The notes: a model not told the origin generated them from the letters alone. A DNA stretch of 64,000 bases from a virus (IMGVR_UViG_3300028591_000148:29239-93238), one strand, 5' to 3'. Shown: positions 19,559 through 30,027, counted from the stretch's first letter. Numbers and translations: made by a program.

Positions 19559-20275
19559 TTAATATAAATTATCCGCCCATTGACTGATTTTTCCTCTATA
19601 ATTTTTAGTTAATTTACATACAGCAAAATTTGGGTCGTTAGTATCATTACAATATTTTATATATCGTTCAAATCCACAAGAAGTATCTTGTGTATCTTTT
19701 TGAAGTTGATGCCCTACTACAATTATTTTGCAGTTATCGTTAGCTCTTGTTAATGTCTTTTTAAGATCATCAAAACTATAATTCTGACTCTCATCTAGTA
19801 TGACAACAGAATCCTCAAAGTTAGTTCCTCTTAAATAGGTGTGAGTTAAACATTTTACATAACCACTACATTCCATCTTATCTGTTTTCGCGGTTAGTGA
19901 TTCGTTATATATAACCTTATCGGGAAACAAGTTACATTTTATAATTGCTTGATATATTGGTTCAAAATATACCTCAGATTTCTCTGTGATGTCTCCTGGA
20001 AGAAATCCTTGTTTACTTTCACCATATGGACTTACAACATAAATGATGTTTTTATACAATCCATATTCATATAGGAGGTTTGCTGTTGCAAATGAAATAA
20101 GTGTTTTACCTGTTCCAGCTTTGGCATCACAGAATATTAAACACTTGTTCTTATCCCAAATACAATCTCTAAAATAGGTCTGGTTCTCATCTAATTGAAA
20201 ACCATAGAAAGGATGTTCGGAAAGTGTTTCTGGAACATCATTAAGGTTTACAGGTTGTTTTCTAGGTCTGCCCAT
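19559..20275 (-). CDS. phoH: PhoH-family ATPase
   Basis: AKAGTGKT, GFLPGDITEK, YLRGTNF, ILDESQN. Confidence 0.9.
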   Translation of the reverse strand: MGRPRKQPVNLNDVPETLSEHPFYGFQLDENQTYFRDCIWDKNKCLIFCDAKAGTGKTLISFATANLLYEYGLYKNIIYVVSPYGESKQGFLPGDITEKSEVYFEPIYQAIIKCNLFPDKVIYNESLTAKTDKMECSGYVKCLTHTYLRGTNFEDSVVILDESQNYSFDDLKKTLTRANDNCKIIVVGHQLQKDTQDTSCGFERYIKYCNDTNDPNFAVCKLTKNYRGKISQWADNLY

Positions 20276-20290
20276 GTAAACAACTCCTCT

Positions 20291-20668
20291 TCAAAATAAT
20301 TTCTTTTTATTAGTAATGTATCGAGTTATTACTTTTTGTTCATTACTGGATTTAGGTTTCTTTGTTAATGGGTTTCCACTAACGGTTGTTGTTTCTACAA
20401 TTCTTACATTATGTCCATTCAAATTATCGAACCTACTACTTTGTGTAATAATAGGTTGATTTAATTTCATAACATGAAAATCAAAATCAACATAGCTATC
20501 GGAACTGTTTATACATTCACCCAACTTAAATCCATCCACATAATGCAAATAAAAAGTATTTTCTCTATGTATTAAAACATACCTTAAATGACTATCTACA
20601 ACATATAAACAGGTTAGATCATATCCTTTTGGAATTCTGGAAACAACATCAGCTAATAGGAAGTCCAT
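20291..20668 (-). CDS. Hypothetical protein ending in KKKLF
   Basis: ORF in the operon. Confidence 0.55.
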   Translation of the reverse strand: MDFLLADVVSRIPKGYDLTCLYVVDSHLRYVLIHRENTFYLHYVDGFKLGECINSSDSYVDFDFHVMKLNQPIITQSSRFDNLNGHNVRIVETTTVSGNPLTKKPKSSNEQKVITRYITNKKKLF

Positions 20669-21191
20669 TGTTCACGGTTCCTGTAGAAATAAGATCTATA
20701 ATAGGATATGTTTTAAATGGTTCACACCAACCCCATTCATCCTCAATGAAATTAGGAATATCCGAAACACGATAATCGTTTCTATCATTCTTAATCTGAA
20801 CAGAGGTAAATATAGCATAAGGTAGCTGTTTAAGGTCTCTATAATATTTGTAAACATACCTGTATCCAGAAGCATATAGACCCATTAGTATGTCTACGAC
20901 ATTATTAGAAAGAATGGTAGGTGGTGAAATTCTTACGTTAAACCCATAACTGTTTATAATGTTGATCATTTCGTCATCTGTAAATTTAGCATCTACTGGA
21001 ATTAATGTGGATTCTCCAATGTTTACAAATCCACTAAAATATTTTATATTAGTATTGTAATCAGCGATTGTAATCTGTGTACCTGTTAGATCTTCACCTG
21101 TATATTCTGTTACTAATATACGAAGATTATTATAATCCGATCTTGCTCCGGTTAATTGGTTCCAGGTACTTATCTCTAGTATGTTAGCCAA
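20649..21191 (-). CDS. Hypothetical protein
   Basis: 180 aa ORF with RBS. Confidence 0.6.
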   Translation of the reverse strand: MANILEISTWNQLTGARSDYNNLRILVTEYTGEDLTGTQITIADYNTNIKYFSGFVNIGESTLIPVDAKFTDDEMINIINSYGFNVRISPPTILSNNVVDILMGLYASGYRYVYKYYRDLKQLPYAIFTSVQIKNDRNDYRVSDIPNFIEDEWGWCEPFKTYPIIDLISTGTVNNGLPIS

Positions 21192-21207
21192 TATAGTTCA
21201 CTTCCTT

Positions 21208-22362
21208 TTAACTTACTGCCGAAATTATTTTATCTACAACAGAGTCAGTCTCGTAACCAGCCGTATTTTCTTTTGTTCCTGGATTATGTAATACGTCATA
21301 CCACAATGTGTTAGATGTAGAAGCATCTCCAACTTTTTCAAGTATTTTGTCTCTTGTCCATGCAATAGGAGAATCGGATTCTACAATAACACCTTTTTGT
21401 TTTGTACCAGCATTATGTAAAATATCATACCAAACAGTACCGCTAGTGCTACTATTCGAACCTAGTCTTGTAGCAATATTGTTTACAGTTGTAGCAACAG
21501 AACTGATAGAGGATCCACCGGAACCAACATTACTATTTATAGTGTTACTATATCCGAACAATGTAGAAGTTCCTGTGTCTCCGGAGGCACCTATTAATAT
21601 ATCTATTTTCTTCAGTTTACCATTTAAGGTTGCGGCAGATGCGGAATCTGTACTTTGACCTATTCTACCTTCTACATCACTAAATGAATTAGATATAGTA
21701 GTTGTTTGGTCTTTAACAGAGTGAGCTACACTATCATCGCTCGTAGTACTGTCACGAAGTGCTTTAGAAATCGTGTAAGTATCGTTATCAGCCTTAATGT
21801 TAGTAGCAACTTTTTCTATGGATGTTTTTAATGCAATAAGTGTACCGTCTGTACTATCATTAAAATTCTCATCCATAACGGTTATAGAATCAACAACATC
21901 GTCATTATAATCTTTCAATGTATTTGTCTTATCTATACTTGTCGCGATAGTATTATCAAAATAAGACGGAGGATTTCCGGTTGTTTTAGTGATATCATAA
22001 TGTAACTGCCAGCACAAGGTATCGATTGATTTAGTTACAGTATCACTAGAAGCGTTCTCCGCTAATGCGGTTTCTAGTTTATCTAACCATAATTTAGCTT
22101 CATTACTAATTGTACTCGCTGTCCATGATTGAACCTTAACACCGTTTGTACCTATTTTATTGCTGTCGCTAAACTTCTTTTCCATTATAGGTGTAGGTAT
22201 TCCGGAAACATAAATCATATAACCTTTATATTCAATACCCGTTTTTATCTTTGCATAGAAATGGGAATTACCTACTAACAAAGAGCATTCACTAACTCTT
22301 ACCACAAGTGGATCAGAAGCTTTCGCTACATAAGGATAATCGGATTTAGGAGTATACGGCAT
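21208..22362 (-). CDS. Ser/Thr-rich hypothetical protein, possibly virion-associated, with duplicated WYD(I/V)LHN.GTK
   Basis: 384 aa; IG.S.D...TL repeats; two WYDxLHNxGTK copies. Confidence 0.55.
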   Translation of the reverse strand: MPYTPKSDYPYVAKASDPLVVRVSECSLLVGNSHFYAKIKTGIEYKGYMIYVSGIPTPIMEKKFSDSNKIGTNGVKVQSWTASTISNEAKLWLDKLETALAENASSDTVTKSIDTLCWQLHYDITKTTGNPPSYFDNTIATSIDKTNTLKDYNDDVVDSITVMDENFNDSTDGTLIALKTSIEKVATNIKADNDTYTISKALRDSTTSDDSVAHSVKDQTTTISNSFSDVEGRIGQSTDSASAATLNGKLKKIDILIGASGDTGTSTLFGYSNTINSNVGSGGSSISSVATTVNNIATRLGSNSSTSGTVWYDILHNAGTKQKGVIVESDSPIAWTRDKILEKVGDASTSNTLWYDVLHNPGTKENTAGYETDSVVDKIISAVS

Positions 22363-22375
22363 ATAAAAACTCCTT

Positions 22376-22885
22376 TCACTTTATGATGAAAGAATTTCTT
22401 TCTTTTCTAAAAGTAACAACTTCTATTGTTTTTAGAAACTCTTTATAAAATGTGAGTATACCTGTGTTTGTTATATTCACGTCAGATTTATTAAACAGAC
22501 CGTATCTATCGTCCTTAAATAAATCGGGCTGATGAATTGGTTTTAAGTACCACGAATAGATAGTTTGATTGGAAATGTTTGTGTGCCAACCATAGTTTAA
22601 TTCATACTCGTCTATTTCATTTACTTTTAATTTCACAATATCTCCAGGAAGTAAAAACCCAATACCTAAAACATACAGACATTCTGTTGTATAAGTATAT
22701 TCATCCTTTAAATATGTGTATATTGTTCCATCTACCTCACGGGTGAGCACGTCAAACTCACCATTATCGTCAAATGCAACAGATATAGAACCTTGTAGTA
22801 AATTACCTTCCAAATCATAAAAAGAAAAGTAAGGTATACTATCACTTTTTCTATTATCGTGTAAATTGTTGAATGTGTCAAACAT
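22376..22885 (-). CDS. Hypothetical protein
   Basis: 169 aa ORF. Confidence 0.6.
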   Translation of the reverse strand: MFDTFNNLHDNRKSDSIPYFSFYDLEGNLLQGSISVAFDDNGEFDVLTREVDGTIYTYLKDEYTYTTECLYVLGIGFLLPGDIVKLKVNEIDEYELNYGWHTNISNQTIYSWYLKPIHQPDLFKDDRYGLFNKSDVNITNTGILTFYKEFLKTIEVVTFRKERNSFIIK

Positions 22886-22889
22886 TCAA

Positions 22890-23423
22890 TCACTCTCCCT
22901 GTTTATCACTAACTTCAGCTTCTATGACTTTCGATGTATCAAATTTAGATAATTGTGCTAACAGACTTGCTGCAAGATTTCTAACCTCATCCCTGGAATC
23001 AGGATCAATAACAGTGGCGGAACCTCCATCAGGTGTAATGATATTAGTGGTATTAATGACAATTTTCTGTAACCTATCATCTTTAAGAACCTGTGTTACC
23101 GTTAGATTAGCGTCTGTCAAACATTTGGATACAGTTTCCATCGCCAAAGATATCATAGATAGATTTGCTGGACCGTCATCTATTTGTTCTGTAACAGTAT
23201 CAATAAATTTATTCTCCAGTTTCTCCATGAAGGTTGTTAGCTTGATAATGCGTTTAAGACTGTTTCTTGCCTGAACTACCAAGAACAATTTAGTTCTATC
23301 TATAAGCTGTTCTCCATTTATGTCTATAACTGTATCCATATCGTCGTTAGCAAGTTGTTTCATCATAGACATGGAAGTAACTTCCGGATCACCTAATTCA
23401 AGTTTCACATCTTCTTGTTCCAT
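22890..23423 (-). CDS. Helical hypothetical protein
   Basis: 177 aa ORF in a tight operon. Confidence 0.6.
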   Translation of the reverse strand: MEQEDVKLELGDPEVTSMSMMKQLANDDMDTVIDINGEQLIDRTKLFLVVQARNSLKRIIKLTTFMEKLENKFIDTVTEQIDDGPANLSMISLAMETVSKCLTDANLTVTQVLKDDRLQKIVINTTNIITPDGGSATVIDPDSRDEVRNLAASLLAQLSKFDTSKVIEAEVSDKQGE

Positions 23424-23426
23424 CTA

Positions 23427-23858
23427 TTACCCCTCACTTTCTAATCTAGAATACAACTCTTTTAATCTATCACTATATAATGTAGCAAAAACTTTCGGAA
23501 GATCGGTTTCTCTATTTAAAAATGCTTTATATATATCTGTTTTAAATCCACTACATGGTTCGAATTCGAAATCTAAATGTAGGGAAGGTGCCTCTGTAAG
23601 TCTATGTTTTTCGTGAAATGTTCTAGGTTTTATTGTAACATTTCCTATAAGAGGTATTTCTGTTGTTACCTCCATTTCGTCTAGTGGGGTATCTAATGGA
23701 TAATTACATATACTCTCTGTTACTTTATAACAGATTAGTGTTTCTACTAATCTTAAAAAATCGAAATTATATTTATATGGACTTCCTTGAAGTTGTTGAA
23801 TTTCAACAGCAATTTGTTTTGAATCTTTCGTAGAGGTACTACCTTTTGTTCTGGACAT
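23427..23858 (-). CDS. Hypothetical protein
   Basis: 143 aa ORF, GGAGG RBS. Confidence 0.6.
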   Translation of the reverse strand: MSRTKGSTSTKDSKQIAVEIQQLQGSPYKYNFDFLRLVETLICYKVTESICNYPLDTPLDEMEVTTEIPLIGNVTIKPRTFHEKHRLTEAPSLHLDFEFEPCSGFKTDIYKAFLNRETDLPKVFATLYSDRLKELYSRLESEG

Positions 23859-24136
23859 TATTTGTACAACCTCCTCAATGTTTGAAGTAGTGTTTTACGA
23901 TTATAGGAAAGCAATCTTAATATTTTGGAAACACATACCTTGATTTGAGTTACAGAGTTATAATCTATATTCATTTCTAATTCGTCTAGTAGTTTATCAA
24001 AGGTATCCGTTTCCTGTGTATATACTTTTTCTAATTTTACTCTTGCACATCTATTAAATAGTTGACACGGTGTTTCTTCATTGTTAAATAGATTATTTAT
24101 ATCCGTATAACATTCTTGTATGATACTCATAATCAA
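23858..24136 (-). CDS. Hypothetical protein
   Basis: Coupled ORF. Confidence 0.55.
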   Translation of the reverse strand: MIMSIIQECYTDINNLFNNEETPCQLFNRCARVKLEKVYTQETDTFDKLLDELEMNIDYNSVTQIKVCVSKILRLLSYNRKTLLQTLRRLYK

Positions 24137-24522
24137 TACTTCCTGTTCCCAAAGTTATATTTTTCCATTGTTTCCTTTAACTTGTCTAACTTATTATGCA
24201 TTAACTTACCTTTGGATGTAGGTATATCACACATTGTTAGACAGTCTTTCCAAGGTCTCTTTTCGATCTCATAATATTGGAAAAGTAATAATACTTGCAT
24301 AGCGTCTGAGAATTCTTTCTTTGTAGGAACCTTAACTGTTTTACCTGCAAAATATTTAATAAAGTTCATAAAAGAATCTATATCTAATAAATAACATAAT
24401 TCGGATAAAGTTGTATACTCAGGTACCTTGTGTAGATCATATAAGAAACTACACAAAATAGAATAAACATCGGGTTTGCTTAAATTACTTATCACTTCTG
24501 ATAAGTTCGGAGTATTCTTCAT
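24133..24522 (-). CDS. Hypothetical protein, possible transcription regulator
   Basis: FIKYFAGKTVKVP recalls Mor-type activator N-termini (weak). Confidence 0.45.
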   Translation of the reverse strand: MKNTPNLSEVISNLSKPDVYSILCSFLYDLHKVPEYTTLSELCYLLDIDSFMNFIKYFAGKTVKVPTKKEFSDAMQVLLLFQYYEIEKRPWKDCLTMCDIPTSKGKLMHNKLDKLKETMEKYNFGNRKY

Positions 24523-25253
24523 CGTTTACTCTCCTTCTCCTTTGTGAACGATTCGTCAACTATTAACTGCATTTCTAAATCGGCATCTACGTTATCCATT
24601 ATAGATTCTGTAAAACCTGCATTTCTAAATTCTTTTTTAAACTGTTCCATAACTATTTCTACATAAGGTTCTATATTCGGTTCTATTCTAAAATAAAATG
24701 GCTTATCCTTATCTATCTCCCTTAACAGGTTTAGACAGACATTTGTGTATAAGGATAGCCACTCTTTTGTACCTTTTTTAAATTTTGTTTTAGACATGGT
24801 TTGTTCTATTAGTGAGGGTATGTTATCTAACAATATGTTTCTTTGCATTTTATCAAATTCTTCTGTACAAGACATTGACGAACTTGCACACATTCTTTTT
24901 ACTTTTTCTCTTAAATGTGGGTCTGTTTCTGTGTTTATTATTTCATGTTCTATTTTCTTTTGGTTTGGAACATATGATAATTTTATCATTTTTCCTATAT
25001 AATATATCCAGGCATATATTTTTCTTCCGTTTAGTACATTTATCCATGTATCTGCCGCTACATCATGACAGACATCTTCGACACCATTATAACCATAATA
25101 AAACTTATTTTGATTTATAAAAATGTATGCTAATTTTTTAAGTAGTACATACATTTCTTCATTTCTTGGATCATTTTCTGCGAGATAGGTTAATCTTTGT
25201 TCTATCTCCAATATTTTCTTATTTCGTGTTGGTTTGTCTTTCTTGTCTGTCAT
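24519..25253 (-). CDS. Hypothetical protein, possible sigma-factor-like
   Basis: LKKLAY..EDVCHDVAADTW resembles sigma region 2 (weak). Confidence 0.4.
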   Translation of the reverse strand: MTDKKDKPTRNKKILEIEQRLTYLAENDPRNEEMYVLLKKLAYIFINQNKFYYGYNGVEDVCHDVAADTWINVLNGRKIYAWIYYIGKMIKLSYVPNQKKIEHEIINTETDPHLREKVKRMCASSSMSCTEEFDKMQRNILLDNIPSLIEQTMSKTKFKKGTKEWLSLYTNVCLNLLREIDKDKPFYFRIEPNIEPYVEIVMEQFKKEFRNAGFTESIMDNVDADLEMQLIVDESFTKEKESKR

Positions 25254-25425
25254 TTATATTACCCTCTTTATCAAATAGCTGTATGCTCTGTAATCGTTCC
25301 TTCTTCCACATCTGATAACATACAGGACCGAAACCGATAGACTTGCTATGTTCTCCTCGAAGCAATTTACCACACCTCCGACACAATACTTGTTCCTCTT
25401 TTTCCACGTTCTCTTTGATATTCAT
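25219..25425 (-). CDS. DUF6011-like zinc-finger protein
   Basis: CRRCGKLL...SIGFGPVC. Confidence 0.65.
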   Translation of the reverse strand: MNIKENVEKEEQVLCRRCGKLLRGEHSKSIGFGPVCYQMWKKERLQSIQLFDKEGNINDRQERQTNTK

Positions 25426-25437
25426 GTTTCACACTCC

Positions 25438-26376
25438 TCACATGACGTTTACAATAAGATAATCCACAACATCTTCCGATGTAACAATACCTTGTTTTAC
25501 AGCTTTTTCGTAATATTTTAAATATTTCATGAATGTAACAAGTTCTTCTATTTTATATTTATTTACATACTCCATAGCTGTTTTGACTTGATAACCTGTT
25601 AAACCTGTTGATTCTGTTACGTTTTTAGTACCTGCTAGTGTTATTTGAAGTACAGCCTTTACATTGTTATGAAGTAAAGAAACAATCATTAAAGGATTAT
25701 CACCACGTTTTTTAGAATTTTCCATAAAAGAGTAGACGTGTTTATAATCTCTTTTCATAATACAATCTACTAATTCATACACTTCACCACTTATTTCAGA
25801 ATAAAAAACTCCATTCTGTTTACATATTCTAAAAGCATCGTTATCTGAAAGTCTTCTAGCTTTCTTTAGATTCTTAACTTTATCAACTTCTAAAAGTATT
25901 CTACCATAACTTTTACCACATAATTCGGCAAGGTACAAACAATCCTCTTCGGATATATCTAAATCTTTACGAATGTATTTACACAACATACTTTCAGACA
26001 AATATGTGAACTCTACAATATTATCTACAAACTTCTTACTAAATTTAGAACGTGAATCTATATTTCCGTATTTCATGATTACTGTGATATTTTTTGATTT
26101 GAGTTGTTTCTCAAGCCCTTCCCAGCTCTTTTCATCCGTTAAGAATGATTTATCATCACGAATAACATATATAGATTTACTACTCGCAAATAAAGACTTG
26201 GTATTCAGTGTTTTGATAATGTTTTGTATAGACTCAGATTTATAGGTTATTCCACCTATTTTCTCACATAATTTATTGATGTATATATTCAGTATTTGAA
26301 ATTCTTCCCCATAAAAGATATACAGATTTCTAAATGATCCTTCAGACATGGATTTTTTTAGTTCCATCAAGGTCAT
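25438..26376 (-). CDS. holA: DNA polymerase III delta-like clamp-loader subunit
   Basis: NLYIFYGEE, SLFAS, IDSRSKFSK; adjacent to holB/dnaX. Confidence 0.75.
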   Translation of the reverse strand: MTLMELKKSMSEGSFRNLYIFYGEEFQILNIYINKLCEKIGGITYKSESIQNIIKTLNTKSLFASSKSIYVIRDDKSFLTDEKSWEGLEKQLKSKNITVIMKYGNIDSRSKFSKKFVDNIVEFTYLSESMLCKYIRKDLDISEEDCLYLAELCGKSYGRILLEVDKVKNLKKARRLSDNDAFRICKQNGVFYSEISGEVYELVDCIMKRDYKHVYSFMENSKKRGDNPLMIVSLLHNNVKAVLQITLAGTKNVTESTGLTGYQVKTAMEYVNKYKIEELVTFMKYLKYYEKAVKQGIVTSEDVVDYLIVNVM

Positions 26377-27248
26377 TAGTACACACCTCCGGCAATATCA
26401 ATATGGGTATTTAGAATCCAGTTATCGATAATCATTTGTTTACTGCTACCCTTCATCTGTAACTCAGACAGATGTTTACTGGTGTTTTTAATTATTTTAC
26501 AGAATACTTCTGTATCTTCCTTGCTACAATTTTCTAATAGATAATTATTACAACATAACATGATACATCTTAAATACAGTATTGGGTCAAACTTTTCGGA
26601 ATCTTCATCTTTCTTTAAATTTAGAAAGGTAGCTATTTTGAATTCATTGGCAAGATTAGCAGAACCTATAAACTGAATAAACTTATCTGCTAGATTATAT
26701 AATTCTGTCACGTCTAGTTTGGAGCAGTTAAGAACATCCTGTGGTGTACTACATATACTCTTTACAATATTTAATTCTTTAGGTTTGAATTCTATCTTCT
26801 TTTCGTTTATGAAATCTTGTAAATCTGTTTGAGTATATGGGTCTAAATAAAACACAGTTCCTCTACTAACAATAGTCCCTAAAACAATATTGATATCTTG
26901 AACAGTCATAATGAAATATGAGTCATTAGGAGGTTCCTCTGTAACCTTAAGCAAAGCGTTTTTAGAGGTAACAGACATACCGTCACAATCAAAAAACATA
27001 TATAAAGTTTTTTCTGTGACTGTGTAAGAATTATATATTACTTCTCTAACACTATCAGCTTTGATGTCACAAGGAACAAAATTAGCTCCTAGCTGTTTAG
27101 AAATGTAATCAGATATTAGTTTTTTACCTGAACCCATATTACCCACAAGAATACTAAACCTAGGAAACCTTCCATGTTCAATTAAATGATTTATTCTATC
27201 CAGCAATTTTGTTTGACCACATATATACATAGTCATGCCTCCGAACAA
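26376..27248 (-). CDS. holB: DNA polymerase III delta-prime-like clamp-loader subunit
   Basis: GNMGSGKK, NALLKVTEEPP, TIVSRG. Confidence 0.75.
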   Translation of the reverse strand: MFGGMTMYICGQTKLLDRINHLIEHGRFPRFSILVGNMGSGKKLISDYISKQLGANFVPCDIKADSVREVIYNSYTVTEKTLYMFFDCDGMSVTSKNALLKVTEEPPNDSYFIMTVQDINIVLGTIVSRGTVFYLDPYTQTDLQDFINEKKIEFKPKELNIVKSICSTPQDVLNCSKLDVTELYNLADKFIQFIGSANLANEFKIATFLNLKKDEDSEKFDPILYLRCIMLCCNNYLLENCSKEDTEVFCKIIKNTSKHLSELQMKGSSKQMIIDNWILNTHIDIAGGVY

Positions 27249-28258
27249 AGTAGAATAAATGTAGACTCAATCATAGGTTTAGGTGTAGATTCCCATTTTA
27301 TACTATTGTTCAGGTTAATCATTTCATTAAGGAGTGTAATAAAGAACTTGAAATCCGAATTATTATATTTGGACATTCTATTATCATAAAGATTAGGTAT
27401 TTGAATAAATTCGAAAGATCTACAAATATCATATTTACAAAGATCTAACACAAATGCATTGTAATTCTTGATAAACTGCTTTAGGTCCATACCATCTCTA
27501 TAAATAGTTTCAATTATATTTATGACTGTTTTCTTATTCATCTTGCACAATGCGTCTGTAAGATCAAAAAGTGTATTATAGTCAACCGTTCCTAATGCTT
27601 TAACAACACTTTCCATGGTAACATCGTTAGAAAAACCTAATACTTTTTCCATAAGAGTAATAGCGTCACGCATACCGCCATCAGCGAGTTTTGCAATATA
27701 GCTAATTGCGTCTTCATTATATGTATAGGAACATCCTTCCTTATTTTCCATTTCCAATATATACTTCAGACGTTTTGTAATACCGCTGTGAGATATCTTC
27801 TTAAAATCATATCTTTGTACTCTTGATAGAATTGTATTAGGTATTTTTTGAGGATCTGTTGTTGCAAAAATAAATATACTTGTAGGTGTAGGTTCTTCAG
27901 TTGTCTTGAGTAAACATTGCCATGAGGTATTGCTCAGCGAGTGGGCCTCATCAATGATATACACCCGATAGTCACAACCAATAGGCTTAAACTTCGAATC
28001 ATCTATTAGTTTTCTAACATCCTCTACACCACTATGAGAAGCTGCGTCTAGCTCTACAATACCATTTCCATTATTGTTAATATACTTTGCAAATAGCCTG
28101 GCATCGGTTGTTTTACCAGTGCCCGCTGGTCCACAAAACAAATAAGAGTTTCGAATTGATTTAGTTTCAATCTGATTCTTCAATATTGCTTTGATAACAT
28201 CCTGTTCTACTACTTCTTCAAATGTAGCAGGTCTATACTTCACAGCTAATGTTGGCAT
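27233..28258 (-). CDS. dnaX: DNA polymerase III gamma/tau clamp-loader ATPase
   Basis: LAVKYRP, GPAGTGKTT, ELDAAS, IIDEAHSL, TILSR, GGMRDA. Confidence 0.93.
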   Translation of the reverse strand: MPTLAVKYRPATFEEVVEQDVIKAILKNQIETKSIRNSYLFCGPAGTGKTTDARLFAKYINNNGNGIVELDAASHSGVEDVRKLIDDSKFKPIGCDYRVYIIDEAHSLSNTSWQCLLKTTEEPTPTSIFIFATTDPQKIPNTILSRVQRYDFKKISHSGITKRLKYILEMENKEGCSYTYNEDAISYIAKLADGGMRDAITLMEKVLGFSNDVTMESVVKALGTVDYNTLFDLTDALCKMNKKTVINIIETIYRDGMDLKQFIKNYNAFVLDLCKYDICRSFEFIQIPNLYDNRMSKYNNSDFKFFITLLNEMINLNNSIKWESTPKPMIESTFILLCSEA

Positions 28259-28316
28259 AATAAGAGTTCCTCCTGATTATAAAATAGAAAAGTGTAGAAA
28301 ATATTTCTACAATTAC

Positions 28317-28345
28317 AGTATAACACATTTCCTAATAAAAGTCAA
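28317..28345 (-). promoter_or_regulatory. Sigma-A-type promoter TTGACT-N17-TATACT
   Basis: Consensus match. Confidence 0.75.
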
Positions 28346-28390
28346 TAGTTTATTAAAAATTTCTTACTTACTTTTTATATTTATAAATGT

Positions 28391-28421
28391 AAAAGCAGTA
28401 TGTTTGTCACATACTGCTTTT
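28391..28421. terminator. Intrinsic terminator
   Basis: aaaagcagtatgt-ttgtc-acatactgctttt hairpin. Confidence 0.75.
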
Positions 28422-28424
28422 ATT

Positions 28425-28757
28425 CTAACTTTCATTTAGATATTCGATGAACTTTTTCATAACACTTTCGGGTAAAACATAATAGTTTTCACCGTCTCCA
28501 AAGTCAAATGCTAGTATAGGATAACGTTTTCCCATAGCGTAGCATTGTTCATCCACTTTTTCTAACCATTCTTTTTTAATAGAGAACGACTTCTTTTCTG
28601 TAATGCAAGTCTTACATTCGATTAAACAAGTATCACTAACCACATCACCTTTTAGAAAATCACTAGATCCACTACTTGTTTGAACTTTTGCACCTAGTTT
28701 TTTAGCGGTTCGTTTTTCTTGTCTATCACTATAATATCTTGTAGGTTTCTTTTCCAT
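28425..28757 (-). CDS. PD-(D/E)XK nuclease, Holliday-junction-resolvase-like
   Basis: QEKR.A...SGS..KGDV..LIECK. Confidence 0.7.
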   Translation of the reverse strand: MEKKPTRYYSDRQEKRTAKKLGAKVQTSSGSSDFLKGDVVSDTCLIECKTCITEKKSFSIKKEWLEKVDEQCYAMGKRYPILAFDFGDGENYYVLPESVMKKFIEYLNES

Positions 28758-29134
28758 TATTGATCCTCAAGATAACTCTTAATAGAGTTTATAGATTCAT
28801 CTGCGAAATTATAGAGAATATCAAGTTCCTGTGCCAATGTGTCTAGCTGTCTCATTCTTAATTTTACAGCTTGTTTTACCATGGACATGAATCGTTTCAT
28901 AAGTTTCTTTCTGGCAATGCGCTCACCCATATCCTCATTATAAGCATCACCATTCTTGCAAATGGTTTTAGAAGTTATGATATAGATACCTTTATGTCTG
29001 TTAAGAAACAAATCTCCAAATTCGTACACAATAATTTCGGGTACGTTATCATAACATATTTTTGCCTGTGCTACGGTAATATCTCCGTAGTGCTTGAATG
29101 TAATGTCCAATGGGTCGCCTTTAAATTTTTTCAT
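28757..29134 (-). CDS. Hypothetical protein
   Basis: C...D.YN...G..IA motif; GGAGG RBS before MKKFKG. Confidence 0.55.
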   Translation of the reverse strand: MKKFKGDPLDITFKHYGDITVAQAKICYDNVPEIIVYEFGDLFLNRHKGIYIITSKTICKNGDAYNEDMGERIARKKLMKRFMSMVKQAVKLRMRQLDTLAQELDILYNFADESINSIKSYLEDQ

Positions 29135-29630
29135 GTGTGTTTTTCCTCCTACAATATTCTTCACAATCTTCTTGTGTTATATAAAAAACATCTGAGCAAG
29201 GTAATTCCAGATGTTCTTCACTAAATTTATCGTATATATTCGTTTCTCTAATGGATAAGAACGAATCATTATAAGTACAATCATAAAATATAACATTATT
29301 TTGAATAGACATATTAGTAACAATAATTTCTTCCGTTTTATAATTGGATTTATATTCTCTACAGCTACACAGTTTATAGGAAACAGAGAAAGAATTATCA
29401 ACTAATACTAATCCATCTTTATTACATTTATTACATTTCTTAGAACGTACATATTGTATCATGGGTCGATAAATAGTACACAGTCTAAACTTATTAAGAG
29501 ATGTACTAGGTTTATCTACCTCGGCAAGTTTATTCTTATAATCAGAAACTTCTTTTCTTAATGAGTCTATATAGTTTAGAATACCAATTTTTGTCTCAAT
29601 ATCCTCTTGTAAATAATCTCTTGGATTCAT
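29121..29630 (-). CDS. Hypothetical protein with CxxC..CxC
   Basis: 169 aa ORF. Confidence 0.55.
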   Translation of the reverse strand: MNPRDYLQEDIETKIGILNYIDSLRKEVSDYKNKLAEVDKPSTSLNKFRLCTIYRPMIQYVRSKKCNKCNKDGLVLVDNSFSVSYKLCSCREYKSNYKTEEIIVTNMSIQNNVIFYDCTYNDSFLSIRETNIYDKFSEEHLELPCSDVFYITQEDCEEYCRRKNTHEKI

Positions 29631-29655
29631 TCATTTCCCCTTCTTAACATAATTT

Positions 29656-29857
29656 TGGGAACCTCCCTCATATACGAAAAATATACAAGGGAGGCTGGAA
29701 CTTTCGTACCATTCACCGGAGGTGTTGTTCCCACAGGAAGTTCTAGGATAGGAGGTCGAGAACCCATGGACAAAAAATGGCATTCTTCTAGAATCTAAAC
29801 TTTTGAACTTCCAAGCGATCTAGATTCTACTCGACATGACCCAACAAAGCTGGGTGT
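29656..29857 (-). ncRNA. Candidate structured RNA downstream of tRNA-Phe
   Basis: Several helices plus an 8-bp loop-to-downstream pairing (29805-29812 with 29736-29743). Confidence 0.5.
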
Positions 29858-29933
29858 TGGTGTCCCGGAACAGAATCGAACTGTTGACACGGGGATTTTC
29901 AGTCCCCTGCTCTACCATCTGAGCTACCGAGAC
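29858..29933 (-). tRNA. tRNA-Phe(GAA), CCA encoded
   Basis: Cloverleaf; anticodon loop CT-GAA-AA. Confidence 0.93.
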
Positions 29934-29939
29934 AAATAA

Positions 29940-30023
29940 CGGAAGGAGAGGGACTCGAACCCTCGCACCTTACGGTCTAACGGTTTAGCAAACCGTCCCC
30001 TTCACCAGCTTGGGTATCCTTCC
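29940..30023 (-). tRNA. tRNA-Ser(GCT)
   Basis: Loop TT-GCT-AA, long variable arm. Confidence 0.92.
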
Positions 30024-30027
30024 TAAA

